From contig OY762007.1 in assembly GCA_963665115.1 (NCBI GenBank), positions 5,120,001 through 5,184,000 of the forward strand: a DNA stretch of 64,000 nt, read 5' to 3'. The translations under genes and the position numbers were made by a program. A model generated the notes under the pieces. It was not told where the DNA came from, did no database searches, and saw only the letters and a program-made list of their open reading frames with translations. Positions 31,892 through 43,087 of this stretch are shown one piece after another; positions within the stretch are counted from its first letter, which is position 1; every line of letters begins with the position of its first letter. The stretch is from an uncultured Rivularia sp. Lineage in GTDB: Bacteria > Cyanobacteriota > Cyanobacteriia > Cyanobacteriales > Nostocaceae.

Positions 31892-33568
31892 ATGACGAGT
31901 GTACTTCCCGCTTTGACAGTTAGCCAGATGATTGGGCAAAGAACTATTCGACCGTTTGCTGTTGCCTCTTTATATGGCATCGCATTTAAAAAAGATACAT
32001 TGATTGCTGTTGACTCAAGACTTGGGCATCTGCTGCAAATTGACCCCTCAAATGACAATACAAGAATCATAAATTCCCATCAAACGCCAGAATTTATGGA
32101 TGTCACGGGTCTGGCGCTGTGGGAAGATACCTTATGGGTTACGCGAGACAATAGCGTTTATTCGTGTAAATTAGATTCTTTAGGTTTAGAACTTTTTGCT
32201 ACTTTACCTTATCCTGCCGACGGTGTAGCGGTTAGGGATTCCACCGTTTACGTTAGTTGCGAAAAGCTTGGTAAAATACTTGTTTACAATCGAAATACAG
32301 GTAAAGAAATTGCTAGATTTTATGCTCCTGGTGTGGGAGTAGAAAACTTAGCTGTTACCGAAGAAACCCTTTTAGTTTGCGATACCGTAGAACAATCAGT
32401 TTACTTCCTTGATAGAGCCACAGGTGAAATTCAATTCAGCGTACTTACCCCCTTTGAATCTCCCACGGGGATAGCAGTACATACCGATTCTTCAAGCAAA
32501 AAACAAAGTATTTACGTATCTTATTCATCTGAAGAACCCTACATCCGAGACAACCCCAACGCAGAACCAAACCACGAACTAACCTATCGCGATCGCGCTT
32601 TTATTCATCCCCTCAATTACCATTTCAGTCGGGAAAAACGCACCGCTGTTTCTAACGGTTATCTGCTGGAAATGTCTTACGTAGAACAAATAGACCCTTT
32701 AGAAGAGGTTTATTTACATAATTTAGAATGGCGCATCGCTCTACCTTCAGAAACCGAACGTCAAAAGGTAATAAAGGTTGAAGCAGTTGGTTTACCCTTC
32801 ACTGAAGAAATAATTGATGGGCAACGGGTAGCTTTATTTAAATTTGAAACTTTAGCCCCCGGAGAACGTCACCTGTTGGGTTGGAAAGCTATTTTAGAAG
32901 TACGTTCTATCAAATATCGTCTGACTCCACGCGACGTAGAGAACGCTCAAACACTACCAACAGAATTTATAAATCGTTACTTAATTGATGATGACGACTT
33001 AGCAATGCATACCCCTATTGTTCGCGAAGCAGCAATCGAAGCAGTAGGCAGCGAAACTAATTTGTTGCGAAAAATGTACAACATTCGTAACTATGTTTAC
33101 GACAAATTGTCTTACAGCATTAAACCTCATATCGATACCCCAGACATTGTTTTAGAACGCGGTACTGGTTCCTGCGGTGAATACGTAGGCTTATTGTTAG
33201 CCCTGTGTCGATTAAACGGTATCGCTTGCCGTACAGTAGGACGCTACAAATGTCCCCCCTATGCAGAGAACAAAGGCATTCCCTTACAGCCAGACTACAA
33301 CCATGTTTGGCTAGAATTTTACATCCCCGGCTTCGGTTGGCTGCCAATGGAATCCAACCCCGATGATGTCGGACGTGATGGTCCTCATCCTACACGCTAT
33401 TTCATGGGCTTAAGCTGGTTTCACGTAGAAATCGGTAAAGGAATTTCCTTTGAAACATTAAGCTCCGAAGGAAAACGCATCGAAAAAGAACAAGCTTCTA
33501 TTGGTGAATTAGCAATAAACCATATTCGCTTCACCATACTCGAAGAATTACCACCAATTGAAGATTAA
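31892..33568 (+). CDS. Transglutaminase-like protein with N-terminal beta-propeller-like repeats
   Basis: GSCGEY catalytic Cys, NHVWLEFY His, GWLPME; repeated 'G.A.....L.V' blades. Confidence 0.85.
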   Translation: MTSVLPALTVSQMIGQRTIRPFAVASLYGIAFKKDTLIAVDSRLGHLLQIDPSNDNTRIINSHQTPEFMDVTGLALWEDTLWVTRDNSVYSCKLDSLGLELFATLPYPADGVAVRDSTVYVSCEKLGKILVYNRNTGKEIARFYAPGVGVENLAVTEETLLVCDTVEQSVYFLDRATGEIQFSVLTPFESPTGIAVHTDSSSKKQSIYVSYSSEEPYIRDNPNAEPNHELTYRDRAFIHPLNYHFSREKRTAVSNGYLLEMSYVEQIDPLEEVYLHNLEWRIALPSETERQKVIKVEAVGLPFTEEIIDGQRVALFKFETLAPGERHLLGWKAILEVRSIKYRLTPRDVENAQTLPTEFINRYLIDDDDLAMHTPIVREAAIEAVGSETNLLRKMYNIRNYVYDKLSYSIKPHIDTPDIVLERGTGSCGEYVGLLLALCRLNGIACRTVGRYKCPPYAENKGIPLQPDYNHVWLEFYIPGFGWLPMESNPDDVGRDGPHPTRYFMGLSWFHVEIGKGISFETLSSEGKRIEKEQASIGELAINHIRFTILEELPPIED

Positions 33569-34041
33569 TTAGAGATATAGGGAGTTGGGAGTGCGAGCCG
33601 GAAAGCTCCCTCTTCTTCCCATCTTCACTCGCAAACAATTTAAAATTTCCTAACTAAGCTTCATCATCTCTTTACTACACGAACCAAGTTTTTTTGTAAT
33701 TTGAAACAAAAGGCTATATATTTTTCAGATGTATCAAAATATTTTTGAAATCTACACATAAATCAGTATTTTTGCTCACGATTATTTAGTAGATTAAGGG
33801 AAATAATGCGAAGAGAGAATATTTATTCTTGGAAGTATTTAATCTGAGTTTTCGGGTGCAGTTCTCTCAGCTAAAAACTAATGCTGAGTGTTTGGTGTTA
33901 TGTAAAAGCAAGAACATTCTTGGTAATCATATTCTATATATAGAATTACCTTGAATATTGTCAAGCGATCGGTAAAAATCATTTTAAAATATCGAAGCAT
34001 TTGCTGATATTGCTGAATTTATAGGAAACGGTAATAAAAAC

Positions 34042-35325
34042 GTGACTTTTTCTGTCAACCCTAATCTCTACAAACGTGATTCTACAAAACAACAGGTATA
34101 TCAACATCTGTTTGATTTGGTGCAGTTGCGATCGCCCTCGGAGACAATTGAATGCTTTCGGAATTTGTTTATCGAAGGTACAAATTATTCTGAAAGAGGA
34201 ATTTTATCTGCATTAGACGAAATTACAGCATCAAAAAAATCTCAAAGAGAATTTAATTTTTTTCTAAACCGTTGCTGCCATATTTTAATTAATCGTTGGT
34301 ATATGCAGCCTCAAATGCATTATGCTATATATCAATTAATTTCTACTTTTAATAATCCTCCTTCCAGAAACAGAATTATTACTTCGCGTAACAAATCCAT
34401 CAGACGCTTACACGAATTGGTAAGAGTTTTTCTCAAAAGCGAACAGTATTCTACCTTACAGCGTCTTGCTCAAGTTATAAATCAAACCGCATATTCTGGA
34501 TCTAATCATAAAAATCAGTCCTTAGTAAGTTTAATTCGTCGATATCCTTACTTACACGAACAATGTTTGCTTAGTGAAGATTCAACTATTGAGCATCAGT
34601 GGATAGTAAAACAAATTCAAGCCCAGGTGCAAAAGAAATTTGAAATTGATTTATCTCAATATGTTACTTATCAAGTAAGACTTTCTCAAATAGAAAAAAA
34701 TAGCTCTAAATCGAGAAAGAATAGAATTATACATCCTGTAAACAATCCTACATTATTGAGCGATACTCAAGTAAATCTGGCCTTAAAAAGTTTTGTCGGT
34801 AAAGTTGAAGGTGAAAGTAGTTATAGAGATTTAGCGCACAATTTTTTACATTACAGCAGTCAAGCAACTACTTTGCGTGCTTATAAAGACGATTTATACG
34901 AATATCTCATATCTGGAATTGACTGGGAATATGGAAAACGCCAATTTCATCAGCGATTATATACTCAATTGCAAAATACTTTACCGCAAGCAGATTCTCA
35001 GAAAGTTAACGATTTTTTGATAGTTAGAACTTGCACCCAATTACTTAATTTCTTAGTAATAGAAAGTTCTTCATCACCCCAGCATTTTACCTTTATTGAT
35101 TTAATTACCAGTCAAGGTTCAATTCGCGCAATAGGAATATTATTAAAAATTATTTTAATTTGCCGAAAATCCAAACCTTATTTAGCCAAGCGTTTTGCTA
35201 TTTTGTTCAATCATTATGAATCAGCAACTACTGCCAGTATTGATTGGTTAGTAGAATCATTGGAAGAATTGAATATCGCCTTAAGCATTCATTTCGGCAA
35301 CATTGATTTATCTTATTTAAAATAA
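34042..35325 (+). CDS. Conserved cyanobacterial hypothetical protein (all-helical)
   Basis: 427-aa ORF with LNRCCHILINRW, IRRYPYL and NPTLLSD blocks. Confidence 0.75.
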   Translation: MTFSVNPNLYKRDSTKQQVYQHLFDLVQLRSPSETIECFRNLFIEGTNYSERGILSALDEITASKKSQREFNFFLNRCCHILINRWYMQPQMHYAIYQLISTFNNPPSRNRIITSRNKSIRRLHELVRVFLKSEQYSTLQRLAQVINQTAYSGSNHKNQSLVSLIRRYPYLHEQCLLSEDSTIEHQWIVKQIQAQVQKKFEIDLSQYVTYQVRLSQIEKNSSKSRKNRIIHPVNNPTLLSDTQVNLALKSFVGKVEGESSYRDLAHNFLHYSSQATTLRAYKDDLYEYLISGIDWEYGKRQFHQRLYTQLQNTLPQADSQKVNDFLIVRTCTQLLNFLVIESSSSPQHFTFIDLITSQGSIRAIGILLKIILICRKSKPYLAKRFAILFNHYESATTASIDWLVESLEELNIALSIHFGNIDLSYLK

Positions 35326-35465
35326 GTTGGAATTGGTAATTGGGCATTGGTAATTGTAAATTGATCATTGGTATCTAATCATTTATTTACTATTTTCAGT
35401 ACAATCTATGAGGTATTTATAAAAAACAGTCGAGTAAAATGAAAAATAAAAATAGCTAAAATAAT

Positions 35466-35810
35466 ATGGGCAGACTGTTAATCAAATTTATCGGGTTAAT
35501 TCTATTATTAATCGGCATTTACTATTTGGGTCAAAATATTATCTTTACAAGTACTTATTCTCAATATTTCTATAAAAGCTTGCCAGCAGTTGGTTCTGTT
35601 TTAGCAGTTTTAGGTGGTGTGTTATCACTAGTATTTTTTCGCAGAGAAACTGGTAACTTCGGCTGGATTTTACTTACCATCGGCATAATATTAGTTTTCT
35701 TAAGTGGAGGAGTTCTTTTAAAACCAACTAGTTTATGGAATTTCTTTATTAGTTTTGGTTCAATTGCAGTTGGATATAAGTTCTTAAATCAAGGAAGAAT
35801 AAATTTTTAA
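35466..35810 (+). CDS. Small 4-TM membrane protein
   Basis: Four hydrophobic segments. Confidence 0.7.
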   Translation: MGRLLIKFIGLILLLIGIYYLGQNIIFTSTYSQYFYKSLPAVGSVLAVLGGVLSLVFFRRETGNFGWILLTIGIILVFLSGGVLLKPTSLWNFFISFGSIAVGYKFLNQGRINF

Positions 35811-35834
35811 ATACTGTTAATCTCTCAAATACAG

Positions 35835-35867
35835 AGAAACCCGGTTTTTCCAAAAAACCGGGTTTCT
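35835..35867. terminator. AGAAACCCGGTTT hairpin (REP-like / bidirectional terminator)
   Basis: AGAAACCCGGTTTTT-CCA-AAAAACCGGGTTTCT between convergent genes; family also at ~6216-6251, 42111-42143 and 43146-43213. Confidence 0.7.
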
Positions 35868-35878
35868 TAATTTTATAC

Positions 35879-36697
35879 CTAATCCCCATCATTTGAAAAT
35901 TCACAAATAGATTGAAACGGACAAAAACGACAGTGATAACCGGGATTAGCAGGAAATATCGCACTAAAATTTTTTGTATTTTGACGATATTTTTGTAAAT
36001 CTTGTTGATGCTTCTCGGCAATATAGCCCAAATGGAATTCAATTAATTTTAATTCACTACTGCTAACAGTAATCACGTGGGACTTTTTACCCATCTCCAA
36101 ATTATAAAATGAGGCGATCGCCTGATATTTAGGATAAAGATAACTTGCTGCAAGTAAATAAACTAATGCTTGTCGGCGGTCAAAAGGAGATTTACCAGTT
36201 TTAAAATCTATAATATGTAGTATGTTATCAGATTCGTTTAAAACGCAGTCCATCGTTGCATACAAGCGAAAATTATAATGCTCGCGTTCGATAAAAATCG
36301 GTTTGGGAAAGCCTTCATCCCCGCGAGTTAGCAACATGATGCGCTTATCTAAAAGTAAAGGCGCATCTTGATATTTTTTGAGAATTTTTCGCACTCGTTG
36401 CTGGATTTCATCGGCCAAATTTCCTAATTTTAAAAGCCGTGCAACTTTTTCTACCCCATCAACAGAATTAAGAAGATTTCTATTGTGGTGAAACTCATAA
36501 ACACCCTTTTGTGCCAGCAAACCGATACGCTGCGATGCAGTGACTTTCGTCTTTAATAAAGCCTTGACTTTCGGTTCATCTTGCCGCGCTTTTATAAATC
36601 CCCTTTTCATTTGACAGTGCCAGCGTTGTTGCCCTGATGCCGGGGCAATTAAACTCCACAAATTATAGCTGGCGAAAAGTCTTATAGGGCTTGACAT
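35879..36697 (-). CDS. PD-(D/E)XK Cas4/RecB-like nuclease with Fe-S staple
   Basis: MDCV...IIDFKTG, QALVY; one N-terminal Cys (WHCQ) plus C-terminal CRFCPFQSIC. Confidence 0.85.
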   Translation of the reverse strand: MSSPIRLFASYNLWSLIAPASGQQRWHCQMKRGFIKARQDEPKVKALLKTKVTASQRIGLLAQKGVYEFHHNRNLLNSVDGVEKVARLLKLGNLADEIQQRVRKILKKYQDAPLLLDKRIMLLTRGDEGFPKPIFIEREHYNFRLYATMDCVLNESDNILHIIDFKTGKSPFDRRQALVYLLAASYLYPKYQAIASFYNLEMGKKSHVITVSSSELKLIEFHLGYIAEKHQQDLQKYRQNTKNFSAIFPANPGYHCRFCPFQSICEFSNDGD

Positions 36698-37219
36698 TAC
36701 GATAGCAGCGGTAATTAAAATGCAAGGCTTAAGTATTAACTACAGGCAAAATTTGGACATTTTCGTATGGTTTTGATATCAAATACCAACCGATTGTCCA
36801 AAACCGGACTATATTAAACTCTCTTACACCCCGCTCAATTTAATTAAATTTCATAAGTCCAGTTAAAGGTAAAGCACTTGGGAATTATATTCTAACTTTT
36901 AATATAGGTCTGGATGTTACAGAGCTTTTTATTTACTAAAATACTAAATCTTTAATCAAATTAGCTTTCATCTATAATGACTGGGATTTTTGTAAGTAGA
37001 ACTAAAAAGCTATAAAAGTTTAGATTGACAATAAAAAACCTTCTAACAGTGGCTGGGTAGCTATTAGAGATACTGTTACGAAGTCAAGAAGGCAACGCTA
37101 TCTTATGACTTGCATATCGAATCTAAAATTCTGCTGTAATATTAAAGATAAAAATTAAAGCACCGGATTATTTGATTAATAAACCTCGCACATCCATAAG
37201 TGAAGAATGTGTATTTTTT

Positions 37220-37498
37220 ATGAAAACAACTGTAAACCTGCTTTTATCAATAATTGTAGCCTTGTGGATAATGGCGATCGCCGTCGTCTCAGTGCAAAAT
37301 GCCACCCCAGTTTCGTTAAGATTTCTCACATTTGAATCAATTCAAATTCCAGTCGGGTTACTACTGACTTTTTTTGTAGCAGCAGGAATGATTGCAACTG
37401 CTCTAGTGCAACCTCTATTGTTTAGAAAAAATTCAAAACAAAGCGCTTCTCGGCGATATGAAGATGATGCCGAATTTTTCGTCGATGAAGATTTTTAA
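37220..37498 (+). CDS. LapA/DUF1049 family small membrane protein
   Basis: SVQNATPVSLRFL...P.GLLL pattern between two TM segments. Confidence 0.75.
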   Translation: MKTTVNLLLSIIVALWIMAIAVVSVQNATPVSLRFLTFESIQIPVGLLLTFFVAAGMIATALVQPLLFRKNSKQSASRRYEDDAEFFVDEDF

Positions 37499-37608
37499 AC
37501 TATTACAAATGTTCTTAACAAAAGCTCGTAGTAAGGGCTTTAGCTCTAAATCCAACCAATAAATAGCTGACTACGAACCTAATTGGTAATTGATAATTGA
37601 TCGTTGAA

Positions 37609-40540
37609 TCACTTCGCTTCCATCCAGTTATTACCTGCTTTTGCTTCTACCAGTAAAGGAACGCTTAATTCTACAGCATTTTCCATCACCGATTTTATCT
37701 GGATTTGTAATTCTTCCAATTCTTCAGGAGGAACTTCAAAAATCAATTCATCATGAACTTGTAACAACAATCTGGCTTGATAATTTTGCAAAAGTGCGTG
37801 TATTTTTATCGAAGCAATTTTGATAATATCGGCGCTAGAACCTTGAATTGGTGCATTAGCAGCAGAACGTAATAATCCCGCATCGTAAGGACCTAAATTC
37901 TTCAATTTACTCAGATCGATGTCTTCTGGCGGGACGTTTTTTTTCTCAACCAAATTTCTACTGGTAAAGTCTACATAGCGTCTGCGCCCTAAAATTGTCT
38001 CTACATAACCTTGAGAAATTGCTTGTTTTTTCAAACCTTCCAAAAATTCAAAAACTTTGGGATATCGACTGTAAAATCTTTTAATAAATTCATTGGCAAG
38101 ATTTTTATCTATACCAGTTGAACGAGAAAATCTCAACGAACCCATCCCGTAAATTACGCCGAAGTTAATAGTCTTTGCGACTCGTCTTTCATCTGATGTA
38201 ATATCATCTTTTTCATATACCAACCGCGCAGTCACGGTGTGTATATCTTCATTATTGTTATAAGCTTCCACTAAAACTGGTTCTTGACTCAGATGAGCCA
38301 AAATTCGTAACTCAATTTGCGAGTAATCCGCAGCTACTATCAACCAACCTTCTTCGGGGATAAATGCTTTACGAATTTGACGGCTAAAAGCTGTACGAAT
38401 CGGAATATTTTGTAAGTTTGGATTGGAAGAAGATAGCCTTCCAGTTGACGTAGCTGTTTGATTGAAATCTGTATGTACCCGCTTCGTATCTTCGCGTACT
38501 AAAGCTGGAAGTGCATCTACATAAGTAGACTTCAATTTAGATAAAGTCCGGTATTCAATAATGCCTTCAATAATCCCAGTTTCATCGTCCTCTTGCAGCT
38601 TTTCTAAAGTTGCCGCATCTGTAGAATATCCGGTTTTTATTTTACGAGAATACTTTTTATTTAAACCTAATTTATCAAATAATATTTGGCTCAACTGTTT
38701 GGGAGAACCTAGATTAAATTTTTCTCCAGCAATTTCCTGTACCTGTATTTCCAACTTATTTAAATCTGTTTCCAACTGCTGCGAAAGTTCGTTTAAATAA
38801 GCTGAATCGATGCGGATTCCTTGATATTCCATATCCGCTAAAACTTCTTCTAGCGGCTGTTCTACTTCCAACAAAAGTTTTGATAAACGGGGAAAATTAT
38901 TTAATTCTTCTCGCAGTTTTGCGACTAACCCAAACGTGGTATAAGCATCCATACCACAGTAATCTGCTACCTCAGAAATGCTAACATCCGCAATAGTTTG
39001 ACCTTTTGGAACTAACTCAACGTAACTTTTAGCCATCAAACCCAAGTATTTTTGAGAAAGTTCGCTCAAACCGTGACTGCTATCGGGATTAAGAACGTAA
39101 CTTGCTAACATCGAGTCGAATATTACCCCTGCAATGTTAATTCCCTGACATCGCAAAACCAAACGGTCAAATTTAGTATTTTGAAAAGCTTTTGGATAAT
39201 CGGCACTTTCTAAAATTGGACGTAGCGCTTCCAAAGCAATATTTTTATCCAGATTATTCCCGTTTTTATGTCCGACAGGAATATAAGCAACTTCTTTTTC
39301 TTCAGTTTCCCCAACAACAGCCAATTCCAACTAAATCAGCATCTCGCGGTTCTAAATCTGTAGTTTCGGTATCCCAAGCAACGGGAGTTTCGGCACTTGT
39401 AAATTTTTTGAGTATTTTAATTAATTCTTTAAGTTTCGCTTCTGTATCAATAATCAGCGGTTCAATTGGTGAAGCATTTTGTTTTTGGGATTCTTCTGTA
39501 TCTTTAGCACTCCAAAACCATAAATCATTATCTTCAACTTCTACAACTTCCGCTTGTGCAATTTCTTCTACATCACCGCCAAATTTTTGCTGAAGCTGAT
39601 TAATTTTTTTCAGAAAAGAACTAAATTCCAACTTTTCTAAAATTGGTTTGAGTTCGCTATTCTCAAAACCTTTTAATTTGCACTCTTCTAAATCAACTTC
39701 TAAGGGAACATCTTCAACTATTTTCGCCAAAAACTTCGATTTATCAGCGTCTTCTTTTCCTGCTTGGAGTTTCTTTTGAGTTGCGCCTTTAATTTCATCT
39801 AAAGACTGATAAACTTTGTCCAGAGTACCGTAAGTATCGAGCAACTGTACTGCTGTTTTCTCTCCAATTCCCTTCACACCGGGAATATTATCCGATTTAT
39901 CGCCGCAAAGCGCTTTAAAATCGACAACTTGAGTTGGTAAAACCCCTAATTTTTCCTTAACTTCTTCCGAATGAAATTCTTTTAATCCTTTACTCGAACG
40001 CTGTAGAGATTCCTTATTCAAATACAGAACGCTAATTTGCTTATCTTTATCAACTAACTGAAATAAATCTCTGTCCCCAGTCAGGATTTTAACTTGATAT
40101 CCCGCCTTAGATGCCTTTTGCGCTAAAGTTCCTAAAACATCATCTGCTTCAAAACCAGCAGCAGTCAAAATTGGTAAATTTAATCCCGTGAGTAATTCGT
40201 GGAGATTTTCCAAATCGGGAATAAAATCTTCTGGGGTTCCCGGACGATCGGCTTTATAGGTATCATCAGCTTGATGGCGAAAAGTTGGTAAACCCAAATC
40301 AAAAGCAACGGCGATCGCTTCAGGTTGCTGCTTTTCCATTACTTCCAGCAAAGACTTAATAAAGCCAAAACACACGCTGGTAGGTATACCAGTTTTGGTA
40401 CGAAGCCCACCATCTCGCCCTTTTGCGAAAGCGAAATAAGAACGAAACGCCAGAGAATGTCCGTCAACCAAGACGAATGTGGGATTTTTAGGAGAACTTA
40501 TATCGGAAGTCAACTGATTAGAACGTGTAATTAAGGACAT
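37609..40540 (-). CDS. polA: DNA polymerase I (split by +1 base at ~39306-39312)
   Basis: 5'-3' exo LVDGHSLAFR; 3'-5' exo WDTET; polymerase motifs DYSQIELR, KTINFGVIYG, LQVHDEL. Confidence 0.95.
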
Positions 40541-40679
40541 CTATTTATTTTAAACAGTTGCCTCACTTTTGGAACATTTGTTTTAGTCCATATGTAAAAT
40601 TTTTGGTTTGCCACAGCAAAACATCATACTGGCAACTCCCAGAAACTTACTATTCCGCCACATTAATTTTGCGAGGTTT

Positions 40680-40730
40680 GTAGTAGCGCTTCAGCGCATC
40701 CGGATTCTAGATGCGCTGAAGCGCTACTAC
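40680..40730. repeat. GTAG-type REP doublet (perfect 21-bp arms)
   Basis: GTAGTAGCGCTTCAGCGCATC-N9-GATGCGCTGAAGCGCTACTAC; degenerate relative at ~37527-37578. Confidence 0.85.
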
Positions 40731-41230
40731 GAACTAACTTCTTTTTTTACCCCTCATAACTTTTTACGGCAAGTACTACTTCTTTACCTACTCCTTATTT
40801 GCCTTGTGCAACATATGAGATGTCCCATAACAACTACAAAAGAACAATAATTTCCCACAAACCGGATTTACTTACGTAATGCTCAAATATGATTTTCTAA
40901 TTAAGCGTTTGTGAAAAACCTAATTTATTGGCTAGATGCAGCATATAACTAAAGTTTCTTTATAAATATCAATATTATCTTTATCAAATTTATAAATATT
41001 TTTTGCATTCATGAGTTATTCGATTCTGCTGCTAAAGCTGCATTCTATATCTATTTTTATTCAACTTAAAACTAGCTTCAAAATCAACTAAATTTAGCAT
41101 TCCTAAACTTTAAATATTAATCGGGATGTTCGCGGATGTGAACTTTAGGGCTAATAGAACACAATTAAAACATGAAGCGCAAAACAAATTGCTTCAATAA
41201 AAAGAGAAGTTTTAAAGAGAAGGCAAAAAA

Positions 41231-42067
41231 ATGAAATTTAATAAATTAGTTGCTTCTATTGGTTTAACAGTTGGTTCAGTTTTATTTGTTTCTAACTCCG
41301 CTCAAGCAGCAAGTTTTACAAGTGACGTGAATATCACTAATGGTACTACAGGCGATGTGATTTTAAACTCTATTACACAAAAAGATGATAACTACATAGA
41401 CCACACATTTAGTAACTTTTCCTATGTTGAAAGTGTGAATAGCTTTAGTAATACTGACTACACAGGAGGAAATTCCGGCGCTGCAAGTACAGAGAAAGGT
41501 GATTCAGTTGGCGGTATAGACACAAACGAAGATCCTACTAAAGGTGAAATCGCCGATTTCTTGGGAGATAATAACTTGAATAGAATTATTGATGGCGAAG
41601 GTCGTACGTTTAGCATGGATATTAAATTTGATAGTTTGATTGCAGAAGATAATAGCAAATTAGATAGCTTATTTTTCTGGGAAAGAGGTATGAATAGTGA
41701 CTTAACTATTCAAGCTATAAATCAGGAAGGAACTCTTATTGGAAATGTAATGAGATTGAATAGGAAGAAAAAAGGAGACAGCAGCCAAGAATATGCTGGC
41801 TTCAAAATAAATACATTGGAAATTGGCCGTGCTCAAAAAGTTGGTTCTTGGGGAGTAAGTTTAGCCGAGTTGGGAGTTAATAATTTGAGAGGTGTTCGAG
41901 TCTCAGCAAACAGAAGTCATAGTGGTCCTGACTTCAAAGTAATTGCAAGACAAAGCTCCTCCGGAAAAGATTTTGTACAAGCCGCAAAAGTACCCGAACC
42001 TGGAACTATAGTTGGTTTAGGCTCTGTCGCAGCACTCGCTTTTATGCGTCGTCGTAAATCGAAATAA
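41231..42067 (+). CDS. PEP-CTERM exosortase-dependent surface protein
   Basis: Signal peptide AQA-A; C-terminal VPEP + TM + RRRKSK; FFWERGMNSD and GPDFKV blocks. Confidence 0.9.
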   Translation: MKFNKLVASIGLTVGSVLFVSNSAQAASFTSDVNITNGTTGDVILNSITQKDDNYIDHTFSNFSYVESVNSFSNTDYTGGNSGAASTEKGDSVGGIDTNEDPTKGEIADFLGDNNLNRIIDGEGRTFSMDIKFDSLIAEDNSKLDSLFFWERGMNSDLTIQAINQEGTLIGNVMRLNRKKKGDSSQEYAGFKINTLEIGRAQKVGSWGVSLAELGVNNLRGVRVSANRSHSGPDFKVIARQSSSGKDFVQAAKVPEPGTIVGLGSVAALAFMRRRKSK

Positions 42068-42221
42068 AGATTGACCAATAAATTAAAATATTAAGAATTT
42101 GAACTAGTAAGGAACCCGATTTTTTCAAAAAACCGGGTTTTTTAATTTTTACTCTTCCCCATTCCCCATTCCTAATTCCCAATTCCCCTGTTAATCTCTA
42201 ACTGGGAGTTAACCATATTAA

Positions 42222-43085
42222 TTGGAATCTAACAGCATGGGGAATACATCAGTCCAAGATATTAAATTACTAGTTTTAGATATCGATGGCACCATTGCCG
42301 GAGTTTCTAATAAAATCAGCAACCGTGTAATAGAAGCAGTTAAAGCAGTCCAAGCAAAAGGAATTCAAGTTGCGATCGCCACTGGTAGAATGTACTGTTC
42401 GGCTTTACACTACCACGCTCAAATCGGCTCTACTCTACCGTTGATAGCTTATCAGGGGGCTTGGATTCAAGATCCAGTTACTCAAAAAATTCACCAGCAT
42501 TTATCTGTTCCAAGAGAAGTAGCGTTAAAACTATTAGACTATTTTGAACAACCTTCTTTACGTCAGCTTTTATCCGTCCACTTCTATATAAATGACCAAC
42601 TTTACGTCCGAGAATTAACCGAAGAAACAAAAATCTACGGACAACGTTCTGGTATTACACCAATTCCAGTAGGTGACTTACGCTCGTGTTTAAGCAACGA
42701 ACCTACAAAAATTCTTGCTCTATGCCAAGACACGGAAGTTATCGACAAATTACTCGATAATTTGCGTCTGCAATATACCCCAGCAGAACTTTATCTAACT
42801 AAATCCGTAGCCACATTTTTTGAAGCAACTAATCCTTTAGTAAATAAAGGAGCTGCGGTACGCTATATAGCTGAAGAATTATTAGGCTTGCAAAGAACCA
42901 ACGTAATGACTGTTGGCGACAACTTTAACGATGTAGAAATGCTGGAGTATGCTGGTATCGGCGTAGCAATGGGTAGCGCACCGACTCAAGTTCAAGCTAT
43001 AGCAAACTGGGTAGCTCCCGATGTAGAGCAAGATGGAGTAGCCGCAGCAATTGAAAATTTTTTATTAGGAACTACCGGAAAATAA
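42222..43085 (+). CDS. Cof-type HAD-IIB hydrolase
   Basis: DIDGT, ATGR, NKG, GDNFNDVEM. Confidence 0.92.
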   Translation: MESNSMGNTSVQDIKLLVLDIDGTIAGVSNKISNRVIEAVKAVQAKGIQVAIATGRMYCSALHYHAQIGSTLPLIAYQGAWIQDPVTQKIHQHLSVPREVALKLLDYFEQPSLRQLLSVHFYINDQLYVRELTEETKIYGQRSGITPIPVGDLRSCLSNEPTKILALCQDTEVIDKLLDNLRLQYTPAELYLTKSVATFFEATNPLVNKGAAVRYIAEELLGLQRTNVMTVGDNFNDVEMLEYAGIGVAMGSAPTQVQAIANWVAPDVEQDGVAAAIENFLLGTTGK

Positions 43086-43087
43086 CT

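Noticed and set aside
37609..40540. Naturally split polA or programmed frameshifting (likewise recF and ybdK)
   Set aside because: The break falls mid-domain in a homopolymer and the same +1 pattern recurs in seven unrelated genes; assembly error is more parsimonious
40608..40850. 80-aa ORF
   Set aside because: Runs through a REP doublet, has a TTG start and no protein-like features
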